DNA of 64,000 nt from Candidatus Micrarchaeia archaeon (GCA_050303335.1 JBNLBN010000002.1:4856-68855), one strand, 5' to 3'. Counted from the stretch's first letter, positions 27,033-36,987 are shown. Translations and numbers: made by a program. The notes: generated by a model not told the origin, from the letters alone.

Positions 27033-27731
27033 ATGAAAGTTTTTATACTAGCAGGCGGTGAAGGGACTAGACTGAGGCCGTATACATACAGCATTCCGAA
27101 GCCCATGATGGAACTTGGCGGAAAGCCGATATTGCAATATGTTATCGAGAATCTTAGGAGGACCGGGTTTAGCGACCTTGTCATAACAGCTGGCTATGAG
27201 CACGAGCAGATAACCAACTACTTCCGGGACGGAACCGATTTCGGAGTGAAGATCGAATATTCCATAGAGAAGGAAAAGCAGAACACCGCAGGATCGATCC
27301 ATTCAATGAAGCAGGACGAGACCTTTGCTGTCGTTATGGGGGACCACCTGACAAACCTTGACCTTTCCAAGATGCTCGAGCAGCACAAAAAAACCGGCTC
27401 GTTTGCCACCATAGCGCTCTACAAGAGCAGCCTTCCTCTTGAATTCGGCGTAGCGATGGTGGAAGACGGAAGGATCACCGGCTTCAAGGAAAAGCCCCTC
27501 CTTGAGCACTTCTACAATACCGCGATATACATCTTCGAGCCAGGGGTCTTCGATTACATAAATCCTAAAGAGGACTTCGCAAAGGATGTTATTCCGAGGC
27601 TGATTGCGGAGGGCAAGAAGATAAGCCCCTACATATTCGACGATGTCTGGTTTGATATCGGAAGGGTATCCGACTACGAGCAGCTGGTCGAGACTTTCAA
27701 GATAATGAAACTTTTCAATGACCTGAGATGA
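27033..27731 (+). CDS. sugar-phosphate nucleotidyltransferase
   Basis: The N-terminal segment ILAGGEGTRLRPYTYSIPKPM is the signature of the NTP-sugar transferase family. Confidence 0.85.
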   Translation: MKVFILAGGEGTRLRPYTYSIPKPMMELGGKPILQYVIENLRRTGFSDLVITAGYEHEQITNYFRDGTDFGVKIEYSIEKEKQNTAGSIHSMKQDETFAVVMGDHLTNLDLSKMLEQHKKTGSFATIALYKSSLPLEFGVAMVEDGRITGFKEKPLLEHFYNTAIYIFEPGVFDYINPKEDFAKDVIPRLIAEGKKISPYIFDDVWFDIGRVSDYEQLVETFKIMKLFNDLR

Positions 27732-28588
27732 TGAAGATGATCGTTACAGGAGGAGCGGGATTCATAGGGTCCCACCTGGTTGACAGGATTGCCAAGAAGG
27801 CAACCATAATAGACGATCTCTCAGGAGGGTCCAGGATCAATCCGGAATCAGTGTTCGTCAAGAAGAGCATACTTGATGAACTTGATTTCGGGGAGAGCGA
27901 AATCCTTTTCCACCTGGCAGCCCAGGTATCTGTTCCAAAATCCATCGAGAACCCGTCTGAAACCATGCGAATCAACGTTGATGGGACGAGAAATGTCCTC
28001 GAATGCGCCATCAAATCCGACATCAAGAGGGTGGTCTTTGCATCTTCTGCGGCCGTATACGGCGATTCGCCTTCTGCTGCAAAAGAATCCCAGCAGCCGG
28101 CGCCCCAGGATCCGTACGGGCAGTCCAAGCTTGAAGGCGAGAGGCTCATGAAAAAATACTACGAGGAGAACGACCTCTCCACAATATCCCTCAGGTTCTT
28201 CAATGTCTACGGCCCGAGGATGAACGGCGGAGTGATCAGGGCATTCATAGAAAACGAGCAGGTCAAAATATTCGGCAACGGCAGTCAGGTTCGCGATTTT
28301 GTCTACGTGGACGATGTTGTTGATGCCATGCTGATCGCGAGTGGATCAAAGATCACCGGCGAATTCAATGTAGGGACAGGGTCAGGCACCACACTCATGG
28401 ATCTTCTTGGAAAAGTGGAGCATGTGTACGGAAAAAGGGAAGTGCAATATCTTGAGGAAAGGAAGGGGGACATCCGCTATTCTGTTGCAGATACGAAAAA
28501 ATCCTCGAAAGTCCTTGGTTTCAATTCACTCACTTCGCTCAAGAGCGGACTGCTAAAGATAAAGGAACAGCACGATAATCCCGAATAG
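27728..28588 (+). CDS. NAD-dependent epimerase/dehydratase (UDP-sugar 4-epimerase-like)
   Basis: It has the Rossmann motif VTGGAGFIGSHL and the catalytic YGQSK. It overlaps the upstream gene by 4 nt. Confidence 0.85.
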   Translation: MMKMIVTGGAGFIGSHLVDRIAKKATIIDDLSGGSRINPESVFVKKSILDELDFGESEILFHLAAQVSVPKSIENPSETMRINVDGTRNVLECAIKSDIKRVVFASSAAVYGDSPSAAKESQQPAPQDPYGQSKLEGERLMKKYYEENDLSTISLRFFNVYGPRMNGGVIRAFIENEQVKIFGNGSQVRDFVYVDDVVDAMLIASGSKITGEFNVGTGSGTTLMDLLGKVEHVYGKREVQYLEERKGDIRYSVADTKKSSKVLGFNSLTSLKSGLLKIKEQHDNPE

Positions 28589-29518
28589 AAGCTCGATTGC
28601 AAAAAAAGCAAGGACAAGGTTCTTCTCGCTGATTCCTTTTGAAAGCTTCATGAGGAGCTGTGCAAATCCACGGACCTTCCCGTCAAGGGCATAAAGCTTT
28701 CCTTCCCTTAATTCTCCCCACCAGTTCGAGGTAGGGAACCTGTTTTTGGCCTTTATCAAGAAGTCGATAACATATGGCACCATGAGTATCGCGCCCGCAC
28801 TCTCGAAATTCCCGATTATCACCGCGCCGGCAACGGCCACCCCTATAGTCAGGTTTCCGACATCGCCCGGAAATGCCTTTGACGGATATTTGTTGAAGAT
28901 CAGGAAAGCAAGCAGCGCAAAGAACATTGATGCGGATATGATCCCCATCTCGACAGATCCATGCGTAATTGAAATAAGCAGGAGGACTGCAAACATCACG
29001 GATCCCATCATCACTTCCATGCCGTTGAATCCGGCGAGCATGTTGGTCAGGTTCGAGCAGACAGTTATCGCAAGCGGGATCAGTACCAGAGTATAGATGA
29101 CCCCGAAATCCACCACGCCAACAAACGGTATTGTCATCGTTGTGACACCGACATTCACCGCTACAAGCGGAATGGATGCGAATATGGGAACTATGGCCTT
29201 GAGCCACTGGGGCATGTCAAGAAGGTCGTCTACAATGCCGATAAGTGAAATTATGAATATGGTGATTATTGCTGCAAGGACATTCACAAGAGAAAGCTCG
29301 AATCCAAGGAAAGAATGGAAGAATATCGCAAGAAGCATTCCTGCAGAGAACCCAGCAACGATTGCAATGCCTCCCATCTCCGCCACTTCCGGGCGGCCCT
29401 CCTTGTTAACATCCTTTCCAATGAATCCCGAAGATTTGAGCCTCGGGATCAGGACCTTTGATATTGAGAAAGTTACGAAAAAAGCCACAATTCCGCATAC
29501 TGCCAGATACTCGATCAT
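28553..29518 (-). CDS. glycosyltransferase family 4 (polyprenyl-phosphate HexNAc-1-phosphate transferase, MraY/WecA/AglH-like)
   Basis: The protein is polytopic and carries the motifs IVDDLLD, NMLAGFNGME and FPGDVGN. Confidence 0.8.
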   Translation of the reverse strand: MIEYLAVCGIVAFFVTFSISKVLIPRLKSSGFIGKDVNKEGRPEVAEMGGIAIVAGFSAGMLLAIFFHSFLGFELSLVNVLAAIITIFIISLIGIVDDLLDMPQWLKAIVPIFASIPLVAVNVGVTTMTIPFVGVVDFGVIYTLVLIPLAITVCSNLTNMLAGFNGMEVMMGSVMFAVLLLISITHGSVEMGIISASMFFALLAFLIFNKYPSKAFPGDVGNLTIGVAVAGAVIIGNFESAGAILMVPYVIDFLIKAKNRFPTSNWWGELREGKLYALDGKVRGFAQLLMKLSKGISEKNLVLAFFAIELLFGIIVLFLYL

Positions 29519-30726
29519 TTCCTTACCTCTTCAAGTAGTTGTTTTGCATATTCGATATTGAAGTCCTTTTTTTCTGAAAGCGCCTGCGCAATAATGTCAA
29601 CCTCTTCTCCCCTGGCACCTGCCTGGGAGGCAATGGTCCTTGCATGGAGCTTCATGTGACCCTGCTGGATGCCCACCGTACCCAGGGCTGAAAGGGCAGC
29701 GTAATTGTTCGCAAGGCCCACGGCTGCAACGAGCATTGCAAGTTCGCGGGATCCGCTTGCGCCTGATAGTCTTATTGCAATGGATGCTGTTGGGCTGCTG
29801 TTTACTGCCGGGCCAACTGTTGCTATTGCAAGCGGAACGTCTATCTCCCCCACGAGGTCTCCGCCTTCAAGCCTGTATCCGGTAAGGGGCTTGTAGCCGT
29901 CCATTGAAGCAAACGAATGAGCACCCGCCTCAACAGACCTCCAGTCGTTTCCCGTGGCAACTGCCACTGCGTCAATGCCGTTCATGATCCCCTTGTTGTG
30001 CGTTGCTGTCCTGAAGATGTCCTTTTGCGCGAATTCGATCCCGTCAAGAACCGCTTCGATCGCATCATTACCGACAACGTCCTTTTTCCAGACTGCCTTT
30101 GCCCTGGACCTTCTTTTTACAGCAAGGTTTGAAAGGATCTTCATCCTCGCCTTTCCGCCAGTGACGCTTTCAATAAGCGGAGCTATCCCCTCAAGTGCGG
30201 AATTTATCATGTTGGCGCCCTGGGCATCGCCTACGTTCACTTCGAAATCTATGATATAGAACCGGCCGGCTTCCCTGGCGCTGAATCCGTTGATGCCGCA
30301 TCCGTACTGCTTTACATGCGCCATCATCTTTCCGGCAAGTTCCATTATCTCGTCCCTTGCCTTTTCTAATGAATCCAGCCCGTTTTTGGGATCCACTATA
30401 AGCATCTGCCCGATCATGACCGGCTCATCGCTTTCGCAGATGAAGCCTTCCGGAAGCGTCTGCTTTGCAGCCTTTGATGCCGCAGCTACAACAGAAGCCT
30501 CTTCAATTGCCATAGGGGCGAGCATGTCCTTTCCGTTGATCCTGAAATTGGTAGCAACCGCAAGCGGAAGGTGCACGACGCCTATAACATTCTCTATCAT
30601 CTTGTCAGCATGATCCAGTGGAAGTGCCCCGGAATCCTTGAGCGTTTTCCTGTCCTCATCAGCAAGACCGAGCGCCTGGTGCCTCTCATCGATTGATAAC
30701 TTGTAAAAACCCGGTAATTTCATCAT
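29515..30726 (-). CDS. hmgA: HMG-CoA reductase, class II type
   Basis: The segments ENVIGVVHLPLAVATNFRINGKDMLAPMAIEEASVVAAAS, DAQGANMINS, ATHNKGIMNGIDAV and GTVG match class II HMGR. The start is revised to MMKLPGFYKLSIDER, 1 nt after the upstream stop. Confidence 0.85.
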   Translation of the reverse strand: MMKLPGFYKLSIDERHQALGLADEDRKTLKDSGALPLDHADKMIENVIGVVHLPLAVATNFRINGKDMLAPMAIEEASVVAAASKAAKQTLPEGFICESDEPVMIGQMLIVDPKNGLDSLEKARDEIMELAGKMMAHVKQYGCGINGFSAREAGRFYIIDFEVNVGDAQGANMINSALEGIAPLIESVTGGKARMKILSNLAVKRRSRAKAVWKKDVVGNDAIEAVLDGIEFAQKDIFRTATHNKGIMNGIDAVAVATGNDWRSVEAGAHSFASMDGYKPLTGYRLEGGDLVGEIDVPLAIATVGPAVNSSPTASIAIRLSGASGSRELAMLVAAVGLANNYAALSALGTVGIQQGHMKLHARTIASQAGARGEEVDIIAQALSEKKDFNIEYAKQLLEEVRK

Positions 30727-30727
30727 T

Positions 30728-31180
30728 TCACCTGTAGTTGCTCTCAAGCTTTTCAAGTGCCCTGTCTATGTTCTGGAACGCGTCGTCCGTCTTCTTCTGG
30801 TAGATGTCGCGGAAGACATCCTTAAGTTTCCTCTCTTCCCCGTCGCCGAGGAAGTATCTTCCCTTCTTCCGTCCTATGACCCCGCTTTCCTTGAGCCTCA
30901 GAAGATGGTAATAAATCGCCTTGGGGTTCTGTTCCTTCTTCGTCTTCTCTTCCAGCCTGGATATGATATCCTTTGTCGTCGGATTCACGTTTTTCACGTG
31001 GTATTCGAAAATCACATCTAGTATGTCCAGCATCAGGATCCTGCTCTCGTTAGGAAGCACCATCCCGAAAGAAAGCGCGATCCAGCGGATCAGGGCTTTT
31101 TTGGCAAGAAGAATGTCATCAGGAAGTGTAAGTTCCCTCAGTGTTATTTCTGATTTGATCAGTCTGGATTCTGGGATCAT
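30728..31180 (-). CDS. winged-helix DNA-binding protein (putative transcription regulator)
   Basis: The segment TTKDIISRLEEKT...AIYYHLLRLKESGVIGRKKGRYFLG looks like a wHTH recognition helix plus wing. The start is revised to MIPESRL, about 25 nt after a minus-strand TTTTAATATTT. Confidence 0.5.
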   Translation of the reverse strand: MIPESRLIKSEITLRELTLPDDILLAKKALIRWIALSFGMVLPNESRILMLDILDVIFEYHVKNVNPTTKDIISRLEEKTKKEQNPKAIYYHLLRLKESGVIGRKKGRYFLGDGEERKLKDVFRDIYQKKTDDAFQNIDRALEKLESNYR

Positions 31181-31240
31181 ATTAGAATTCTTATGGCAAA
31201 TATTAAAATACTGAACGCATTCTTTTGAATAGGTGAAAAA

Positions 31241-31612
31241 TTGATCGCTCTCAAGATTAGGATCCATCCCGGCGTGCTATTCAGCTTCGAAAACAATTCT
31301 GCAGACCTGATAATCAGGGTAGAAAACAAGGACAGCAGCCCATACTGGATAGAAGCTGACATCACCATCCCGGAAGGACTGTCTCTCTCGCCTATAGACG
31401 GGCTTCAGAAGGGAAGGCTTCGGGTGGGAATAGTAGGCGGCAACGAGTTTCTTGAAAAAAGCGTGAAGGTATATGCAAACAGGTACAGCGAGCCAAGGAT
31501 CTACGGCGCAGCAATCATCCTGTACTCGTATGACAAGAACGGCGTAATAGAGTCAAGGCAGATCAAGAAGGCGAATATACGATGCGAAACGAAAAAAGAG
31601 GAATCATTTTAG
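31241..31612 (+). CDS. hypothetical protein
   Basis: This is a 123-aa ORF with an apparent TTG start and no recognised domain. It is divergent from the wHTH gene. Confidence 0.35.
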   Translation: MIALKIRIHPGVLFSFENNSADLIIRVENKDSSPYWIEADITIPEGLSLSPIDGLQKGRLRVGIVGGNEFLEKSVKVYANRYSEPRIYGAAIILYSYDKNGVIESRQIKKANIRCETKKEESF

Positions 31613-32350
31613 GGAGACACTGCCAAGTTCCCCCCTGTCTGCCACTCTTAGCGTCACATGCGTATTCCCGTAATATACCTGCATCCCGCTATTTACATGA
31701 ACAAGCTTGACCGGACCGACCATCGGCCTGTCCGATGAGAATGATTTCTTTATGAATGCACCATCATCGAGTTTGATTGCCACCATGAACTGCTTCCCGT
31801 CTTTCTTCTGCTGTGCAATGAATACGATGTCCCTGTGAACGAAGATCTTCTTCCTGCTGCTGTTCTGTAGCTCAGGTATCCTGTAGCTTGTGCTCTGGAG
31901 TTCGTTAATGTTCGTAGTCCAGAATGAATTGTCTCCAGTAATGTAATATACGTCATCGCCGCTGATCTTCCAGGATTTCAGCCCCTTCCCCTTCAGTTTC
32001 TGGACGAGCATGGCCCCAGTTTCATCGACCTTTCCTGCATCCTCGAATCCCGGCAGTATCGCGATCTTCTCTGTTGTCAATACGACCGCCCTGTTGCTGT
32101 TGCATGAAATCGATAGTGGGGTTTCCTTCCCTTCATAGATAGGCTGGTAGGTCGTGAATGAACGGGATTCGCTGCCCCTTCTCAATGTTACTTTGTTTGC
32201 CCCCTCCAGCCTGCATGTCACATGTTCCGTCTTTTTGACTGGCTCCTGGTATCTTTCAAAGTCGAAATCCCTTTTCTTCTGCAATGCACCTGCCGAATTG
32301 GCCTGTATGCATGCAGCAGCAATAACTGCAAAGGCGAGTTTTTTTCGCAT
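31604..32350 (-). CDS. secreted protein / putative lipoprotein, unknown function
   Basis: The N-terminus MRKKLAFAVIAAACIQANSAG resembles a signal peptide with a lipobox-like AAAC. Confidence 0.6.
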   Translation of the reverse strand: MRKKLAFAVIAAACIQANSAGALQKKRDFDFERYQEPVKKTEHVTCRLEGANKVTLRRGSESRSFTTYQPIYEGKETPLSISCNSNRAVVLTTEKIAILPGFEDAGKVDETGAMLVQKLKGKGLKSWKISGDDVYYITGDNSFWTTNINELQSTSYRIPELQNSSRKKIFVHRDIVFIAQQKKDGKQFMVAIKLDDGAFIKKSFSSDRPMVGPVKLVHVNSGMQVYYGNTHVTLRVADRGELGSVSLK

Positions 32351-32410
32351 ATAGTAATTTTGGACATTAAGGTTTATAAAATATTGTTATATTTTATAGG
32401 CTTTCATGTC

Positions 32411-34531
32411 TTAAACTTTACCGCCGGCTGCTTCCCCGTTTGCCCCTTCCTTGAGGCCTGATCTTGTCTCGATGCTTGAAAGCCGGCTTACCCCGTCAAC
32501 AAGGATCTGGTTGACCGCTTCGTTTATGTCCCTTCTTGATTTCCCATCCTCATAAAGGAGTATGATCTTGTTATCCTTCACCCTTTGCTCAAGGAATGCG
32601 TTTATCCCTTCGACATCGTTTTCATCGAAGATCTTTTTCACCCGCTGGTACTCTTCATCGTAGAGGTCCGTAAGCAGGCTATACTGGATTCCGTTTGATT
32701 CGAAATTAAGGCTATACCTGTGCCCGGTCTTGACAGTCATTGTGAACCTTCCCTTGGGTTGAGGCGGTGCCCGTCCGGTTTCAGGTATGTTGTGCGAGGC
32801 CCTCATCTTCCTACTCTTCTCGCCTGCTGTTCCTTCGTTCGGCATGGAGGATATTCCCCTTACTTCCACTCCCCCTGGATAGCTGTGGCCGTATGCATCA
32901 AGGGTGGATCCGAACATCCCAAGCCTGATTCTCAGGTCATCATCCTTTCTTTTGCTGTTGATCACCACGCCATTAGGGTATTTTTCCCAGAACTCCTTTG
33001 GTGCATCAACATAGCCTTCATTAGGAATGAATACACTTATCTCGCCTGCATGCCTCTCTAGAAACGCCTGCCTGGCAGACGGGTTTGCAAAGACCGATGA
33101 AAGGTAGATCCCGTAAGTTGCCGGGCTGCTGTTGTACTCCCTCAGTTCCTCCTCTGTCGGCTGGAAAGAGAACACGAAATGGTCGAATCTCACCCGTTCT
33201 GCATTCCCTTCACTGATCCTGATATTGGTCTCTATGAAGTTCCTTGCTTTCATAGCAACTGTGATCGTGGTATCTTTCTTCACTATTTCTGCTGCTGCCA
33301 CCCTTTCGGTTTCTGATTCTGTTATCTGGGGCCGGTTCTGCCACAATCCTGCCACCTGCGGGTCGCCAACTTCCCTCTCTTTTCCGAGCTTTATCTGGGT
33401 AACCGGGCTCATAAGCGCCTGCTGAATGCTGTCAAGCCTCTGCTGGGATATCCCTCCGGGCACGAAAAGCTCCCCCCTGTCCGCCTTGCGCAAGAGGACC
33501 ATCCTGGGGCTCTTCTCCATTGCTTTCTTTTCCTTCTCGGTGAAATCCCCATACAGTGTATAAGTTGTCTGACCGACCTTGATGTTGACCTCTGTATAAG
33601 CATACATTTCCTTGGGCTGTACTCTTTCTTCCGGGCTTTCCTGGATTTCAGGTGGATTAACAGGCCCAACAGGACCTACTGATGCAAAATCCAATGAAAT
33701 CAGCCTGCCGATCTCATCCAGGGCATCCTGGCCTGTTTTTTCATCAATGGAATTAACCCTCTGCTGTTCGAGTAATTTGTAGAGGACCATGTATGCCTTT
33801 TTCGGATCTTCTGTCTTGATCGTATCTATCTCCTCCGGGGTAAGGTCTGCATCAACATCCACTATGACGTATTCTTCTCCGGTCTGGAACATCAGATTGA
33901 AAACATATCTCTGTGTCCCCTGTTCCATAACGCTCTGTGTCATCCGGTCAACGCGCTCTGTTTCCACCTGCACCGCCGTTTTTCCTTCATCTTGCCCTTT
34001 CTTGGCGAAGCCGTTTTCAGACCTTTCGTAGACATCCGGGGAGATTTCCACCGATGTGATGCCCTGGTCAGTCATCACGTATTCGCCTATTACATCTGCA
34101 GCAGTATCCTCGTTTTCAAAAAGGACTGCCCTTTCATCTTCAGCCTTGCCTACAAGCATGCTCATCTTCTTCATGTTGTTTCCGGATTTGAATTCTGCGA
34201 ATTCCTCGTCCGTGAAAGTCACGTATATCTTTTCCTTCTTATCTCCTGAATGGACAGTCATTTCATACCAGCTTCTCATTGCGTAATCCATCGCATCGTC
34301 GCTCTCGGACCCGACCGGCCGGGGAACTGCACCGAGCATCCTTTCTGCCCGTTCATCATGGATTTCCTGCAGCCTTTCCAGAATCTCTTTAACCATTTCC
34401 CTGTCCGTGGTATCCCTGGATACCGCTTCACTGACTATGTTGCTGACTATGGGATCATTGAAAATGTCGATCTGCGCCGTTTTCTGAAACTCTTCAACTG
34501 CCTTTTCCGCTTTTTCCATTCTAGAAGCCAT
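32411..34531 (-). CDS. 706-aa acidic cytoplasmic protein with weak internal repeat modules, unknown function
   Basis: This is a long uninterrupted ORF with no signal peptide or TM segment. It contains five segments of the form beta-strand + D/T-x-EE helix. Confidence 0.65.
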   Translation of the reverse strand: MASRMEKAEKAVEEFQKTAQIDIFNDPIVSNIVSEAVSRDTTDREMVKEILERLQEIHDERAERMLGAVPRPVGSESDDAMDYAMRSWYEMTVHSGDKKEKIYVTFTDEEFAEFKSGNNMKKMSMLVGKAEDERAVLFENEDTAADVIGEYVMTDQGITSVEISPDVYERSENGFAKKGQDEGKTAVQVETERVDRMTQSVMEQGTQRYVFNLMFQTGEEYVIVDVDADLTPEEIDTIKTEDPKKAYMVLYKLLEQQRVNSIDEKTGQDALDEIGRLISLDFASVGPVGPVNPPEIQESPEERVQPKEMYAYTEVNIKVGQTTYTLYGDFTEKEKKAMEKSPRMVLLRKADRGELFVPGGISQQRLDSIQQALMSPVTQIKLGKEREVGDPQVAGLWQNRPQITESETERVAAAEIVKKDTTITVAMKARNFIETNIRISEGNAERVRFDHFVFSFQPTEEELREYNSSPATYGIYLSSVFANPSARQAFLERHAGEISVFIPNEGYVDAPKEFWEKYPNGVVINSKRKDDDLRIRLGMFGSTLDAYGHSYPGGVEVRGISSMPNEGTAGEKSRKMRASHNIPETGRAPPQPKGRFTMTVKTGHRYSLNFESNGIQYSLLTDLYDEEYQRVKKIFDENDVEGINAFLEQRVKDNKIILLYEDGKSRRDINEAVNQILVDGVSRLSSIETRSGLKEGANGEAAGGKV

Positions 34532-34581
34532 AATTATTGAACAAAACTAAACATTAAAAAGCAATCTAGAGAGATTTCTCC

Positions 34582-35046
34582 ATGGAATTTTCCCGCCGAG
34601 GTTATACCAAGCAGATTATGCTGTATCTCCAGAACAAGGAATATGCCAAGGCATACAAGCTCTCATCCTCATTCAGGAAGGAATTTCCCGATGAAATGAT
34701 ATCCAATTATCTCTATTCCAATTCATCATTCTGGACGAAAAGATATGACGATGCGATCGTTTACGGGAAAATAGCATTCAACAAGTGCAAGAGCAAGGAC
34801 GAGATGATCGCTTCAGCAGTTGTTGTAGCATCAGCATATTTCAATCAGGAGGAATACAAGAAAGCGATGAAGATCCTCAATCCTGTCGAGAAGCTCAAAT
34901 GCTCCGAGGTCGTGGAGAAGCTGATGCTTGCAATTTCCATTGCCATGAAGGACAAGAAGGAAGCCTTGAGGCATGCAAAGAACCTCCACGTGCTGAATAA
35001 GGAAGTCGCAGAAGAAGTTCTAAACAAATATCTAGAGGAATTTTAG
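34582..35046 (+). CDS. TPR-like helical repeat protein
   Basis: It is 154 aa and all-helical in character, with repeated Y/A-rich hairpins (EYAKAYKL, YDDAIVYGKIAF, EEYKKAMKIL). Confidence 0.4.
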   Translation: MEFSRRGYTKQIMLYLQNKEYAKAYKLSSSFRKEFPDEMISNYLYSNSSFWTKRYDDAIVYGKIAFNKCKSKDEMIASAVVVASAYFNQEEYKKAMKILNPVEKLKCSEVVEKLMLAISIAMKDKKEALRHAKNLHVLNKEVAEEVLNKYLEEF

Positions 35047-35508
35047 CTTCCGGTCCGCAATAAGGTGGGATAGATATCCTGCAAGAGCTGCTATCCCGAA
35101 CTGCAGTCCAACGAGGATAGCCATTATTATCGCAAAAACAATAGCAGCTGCAAGCGTGTGCGTAATTCCCCTGTGCTTCTGGCCGAGCAGGAAGAAGAAA
35201 ACAAAGTATACCCCTATCAGTATCAGGAAGATAATTACCATTTCGAATGTTGGAACGCAGATTCTCACGCCACATTCGGAAAGGTATGCTATGAGAGCTG
35301 CAAACAGGATAAATGCAATGTCAAGGAGCCTCCTGCCTTTTGAATATGCAAGATCCAGGTCCGGAATCAGGGCTGAAAATCCTCCGATAGCTGCAATGAA
35401 AACAAGGCTGACTATGTTATGTTCGCCGATCAGGAACAGCAGTGCAGCCGCAATTACGGCACCGATCAGGAAATGCATCTTCCAGTTCATGGGTTTAATT
35501 GCGTACAA
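35032..35508 (-). CDS. membrane-bound metal-dependent hydrolase (DUF457/YdjM-like)
   Basis: It has 4-5 TM segments and conserved His motifs (MHFLIG, HRGITHTL, SHLIAD). Confidence 0.6.
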   Translation of the reverse strand: MYAIKPMNWKMHFLIGAVIAAALLFLIGEHNIVSLVFIAAIGGFSALIPDLDLAYSKGRRLLDIAFILFAALIAYLSECGVRICVPTFEMVIIFLILIGVYFVFFFLLGQKHRGITHTLAAAIVFAIIMAILVGLQFGIAALAGYLSHLIADRKLKFL

Positions 35509-35527
35509 TGTTATTTTATTTGCCTAT

Positions 35528-36949
35528 CTAGGCTTCCAGTACGAACACTTCACCGTTCTTTTCAATTGTCCTTAGTTCCAGGTTTCCCCTGTGAAGCAAT
35601 CCGTTTATGATCGTCCTTACATTCACCCTTATCCTCTCATCGTGGTGATGCTTCAATAGCTCGAATCTCGCCTTCGCGCCCTCTGCAAGATCGTCACAGG
35701 TTGCAAGATTTCCGTTCTTCAAACCCAGGCTTACGATGCTTCTTGCATTGTCCCGGACAACCCCGTCAGGATGAGCTTCAAGTTCTTCCAGTTTTTTCCG
35801 GGCATTTTTTGCAAGCTCGTCGCAAAGGGACAGTCTTGCATTCTTCAGGCCGGCACTGACGATCGTTCTAGCATTGTCGCGAACGACCCCGTCGGCATGC
35901 TTTTCCAGCTCCTTTATCTTTTTCCTAGCGTCCCGGACAAGCTTGTCGCAAAGTGCCAGGTTTCCCCTATACAAGCCGGCACCTACAATACTGCGGGCAT
36001 TATCTTTGACATACGGAATTTTGCTCCTCTTAAATTTCTCTAGCTTTCTCTTTGCTCCTCTTGAGAGTTTGTCGCAAATTCCAAGGTCTCCCCTGCCCAC
36101 ACCGGCGCTGACTATGCTCCTTGCATGGCTTCTTACTATCTCGTCCCTGTGGCCCTCGAGCAGCCTGAGCTTTTCCGCAGCACCATCGGCCATTCTGTTG
36201 CAAATCCCGAGATCCTTCTTCTGGATGGCAGTGCAAACGATGTTAGGGGCATTGCTGCGCACAATCTCATCCTCGTGTCCTTCCAGCTCCTCCAGCTTTT
36301 CTGCCGCACCGGCAGCGAGTTCGTCGCATATTCCAAGGTCCCTGTTTCTCAGCGCAGTGCAAAGAATTGTCCTCGCATTGTCTCGAACGATCTTATCCTC
36401 ATGGCCTTCAAGTTCCTCCAGCTTATCCTGGATCTCGAATACGGACATCTTGCTGAGATTGCGGCGGGCATGCGTAAATTTTGATTCAATGCATAATTCC
36501 GTTTCTACTAAGATGTGCACAGCAAGATGCGGAACCATCATCTCAAGCCTGGTCCCGTCCAGTTCTTCAGGCAATTTGCCCCCTTCCTTGTAATGGATCG
36601 CGATCAGCCTTGCGATGCTTTTTGCAGCGCCGGCAAATTCCTCCATTGTCCTCTTGTCACTAATTTGAACACTGGCTTTTATCTTCTCAAGTATCTCATT
36701 TGCAAATGCCTGTCTTCTTCGGGGGATCCCGAATGGGAGATGCGTTTTCCTCACTTCAAGGATCGATGAGATGAACTGTTGGGCTGCCAGCCCCTCGATG
36801 TCATTGCTTGGTATTTTGGAATAACTTGCAATCTCCTCTATCGTTGGTTCAGGGAGCATCAATTTTCTGTGTGCCTCCACTGCTCTTGTTGCAACAGGGC
36901 TTCTAGCAATCGACAACAATGAAACTAATTTGGATCGTTCACTTTGCAT
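35528..36949 (-). CDS. ARM/HEAT-like 42-aa-repeat protein, solitary paralog of the 44.4-50.4 kb array
   Basis: It shares the same N-terminal domain (LVSLLSIARSPVATRAVEAHRKLMLPEPTIEEI...). It has about 7 repeats of LEELEGHEDxIVRxNARxIVxxxLxxGxLxxCDxLAxGAxxK. It ends in the same C-terminal tail (GNLELRTIEKNGEVFVLEA). Confidence 0.75.
   Translation of the reverse strand: MQSERSKLVSLLSIARSPVATRAVEAHRKLMLPEPTIEEIASYSKIPSNDIEGLAAQQFISSILEVRKTHLPFGIPRRRQAFANEILEKIKASVQISDKRTMEEFAGAAKSIARLIAIHYKEGGKLPEELDGTRLEMMVPHLAVHILVETELCIESKFTHARRNLSKMSVFEIQDKLEELEGHEDKIVRDNARTILCTALRNRDLGICDELAAGAAEKLEELEGHEDEIVRSNAPNIVCTAIQKKDLGICNRMADGAAEKLRLLEGHRDEIVRSHARSIVSAGVGRGDLGICDKLSRGAKRKLEKFKRSKIPYVKDNARSIVGAGLYRGNLALCDKLVRDARKKIKELEKHADGVVRDNARTIVSAGLKNARLSLCDELAKNARKKLEELEAHPDGVVRDNARSIVSLGLKNGNLATCDDLAEGAKARFELLKHHHDERIRVNVRTIINGLLHRGNLELRTIEKNGEVFVLEA
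35587..36442 (-). repeat. in-frame 126-bp tandem repeats (approximate bounds) inside the 35528..36949 gene
   Basis: The protein shows the periodic motif VRDNAR...GNL...C/ADxLA every 42 aa. Confidence 0.65.
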
Positions 36950-36987
36950 AAATATCTACTGTTTATAACCTTATTTAAAACATCCGG

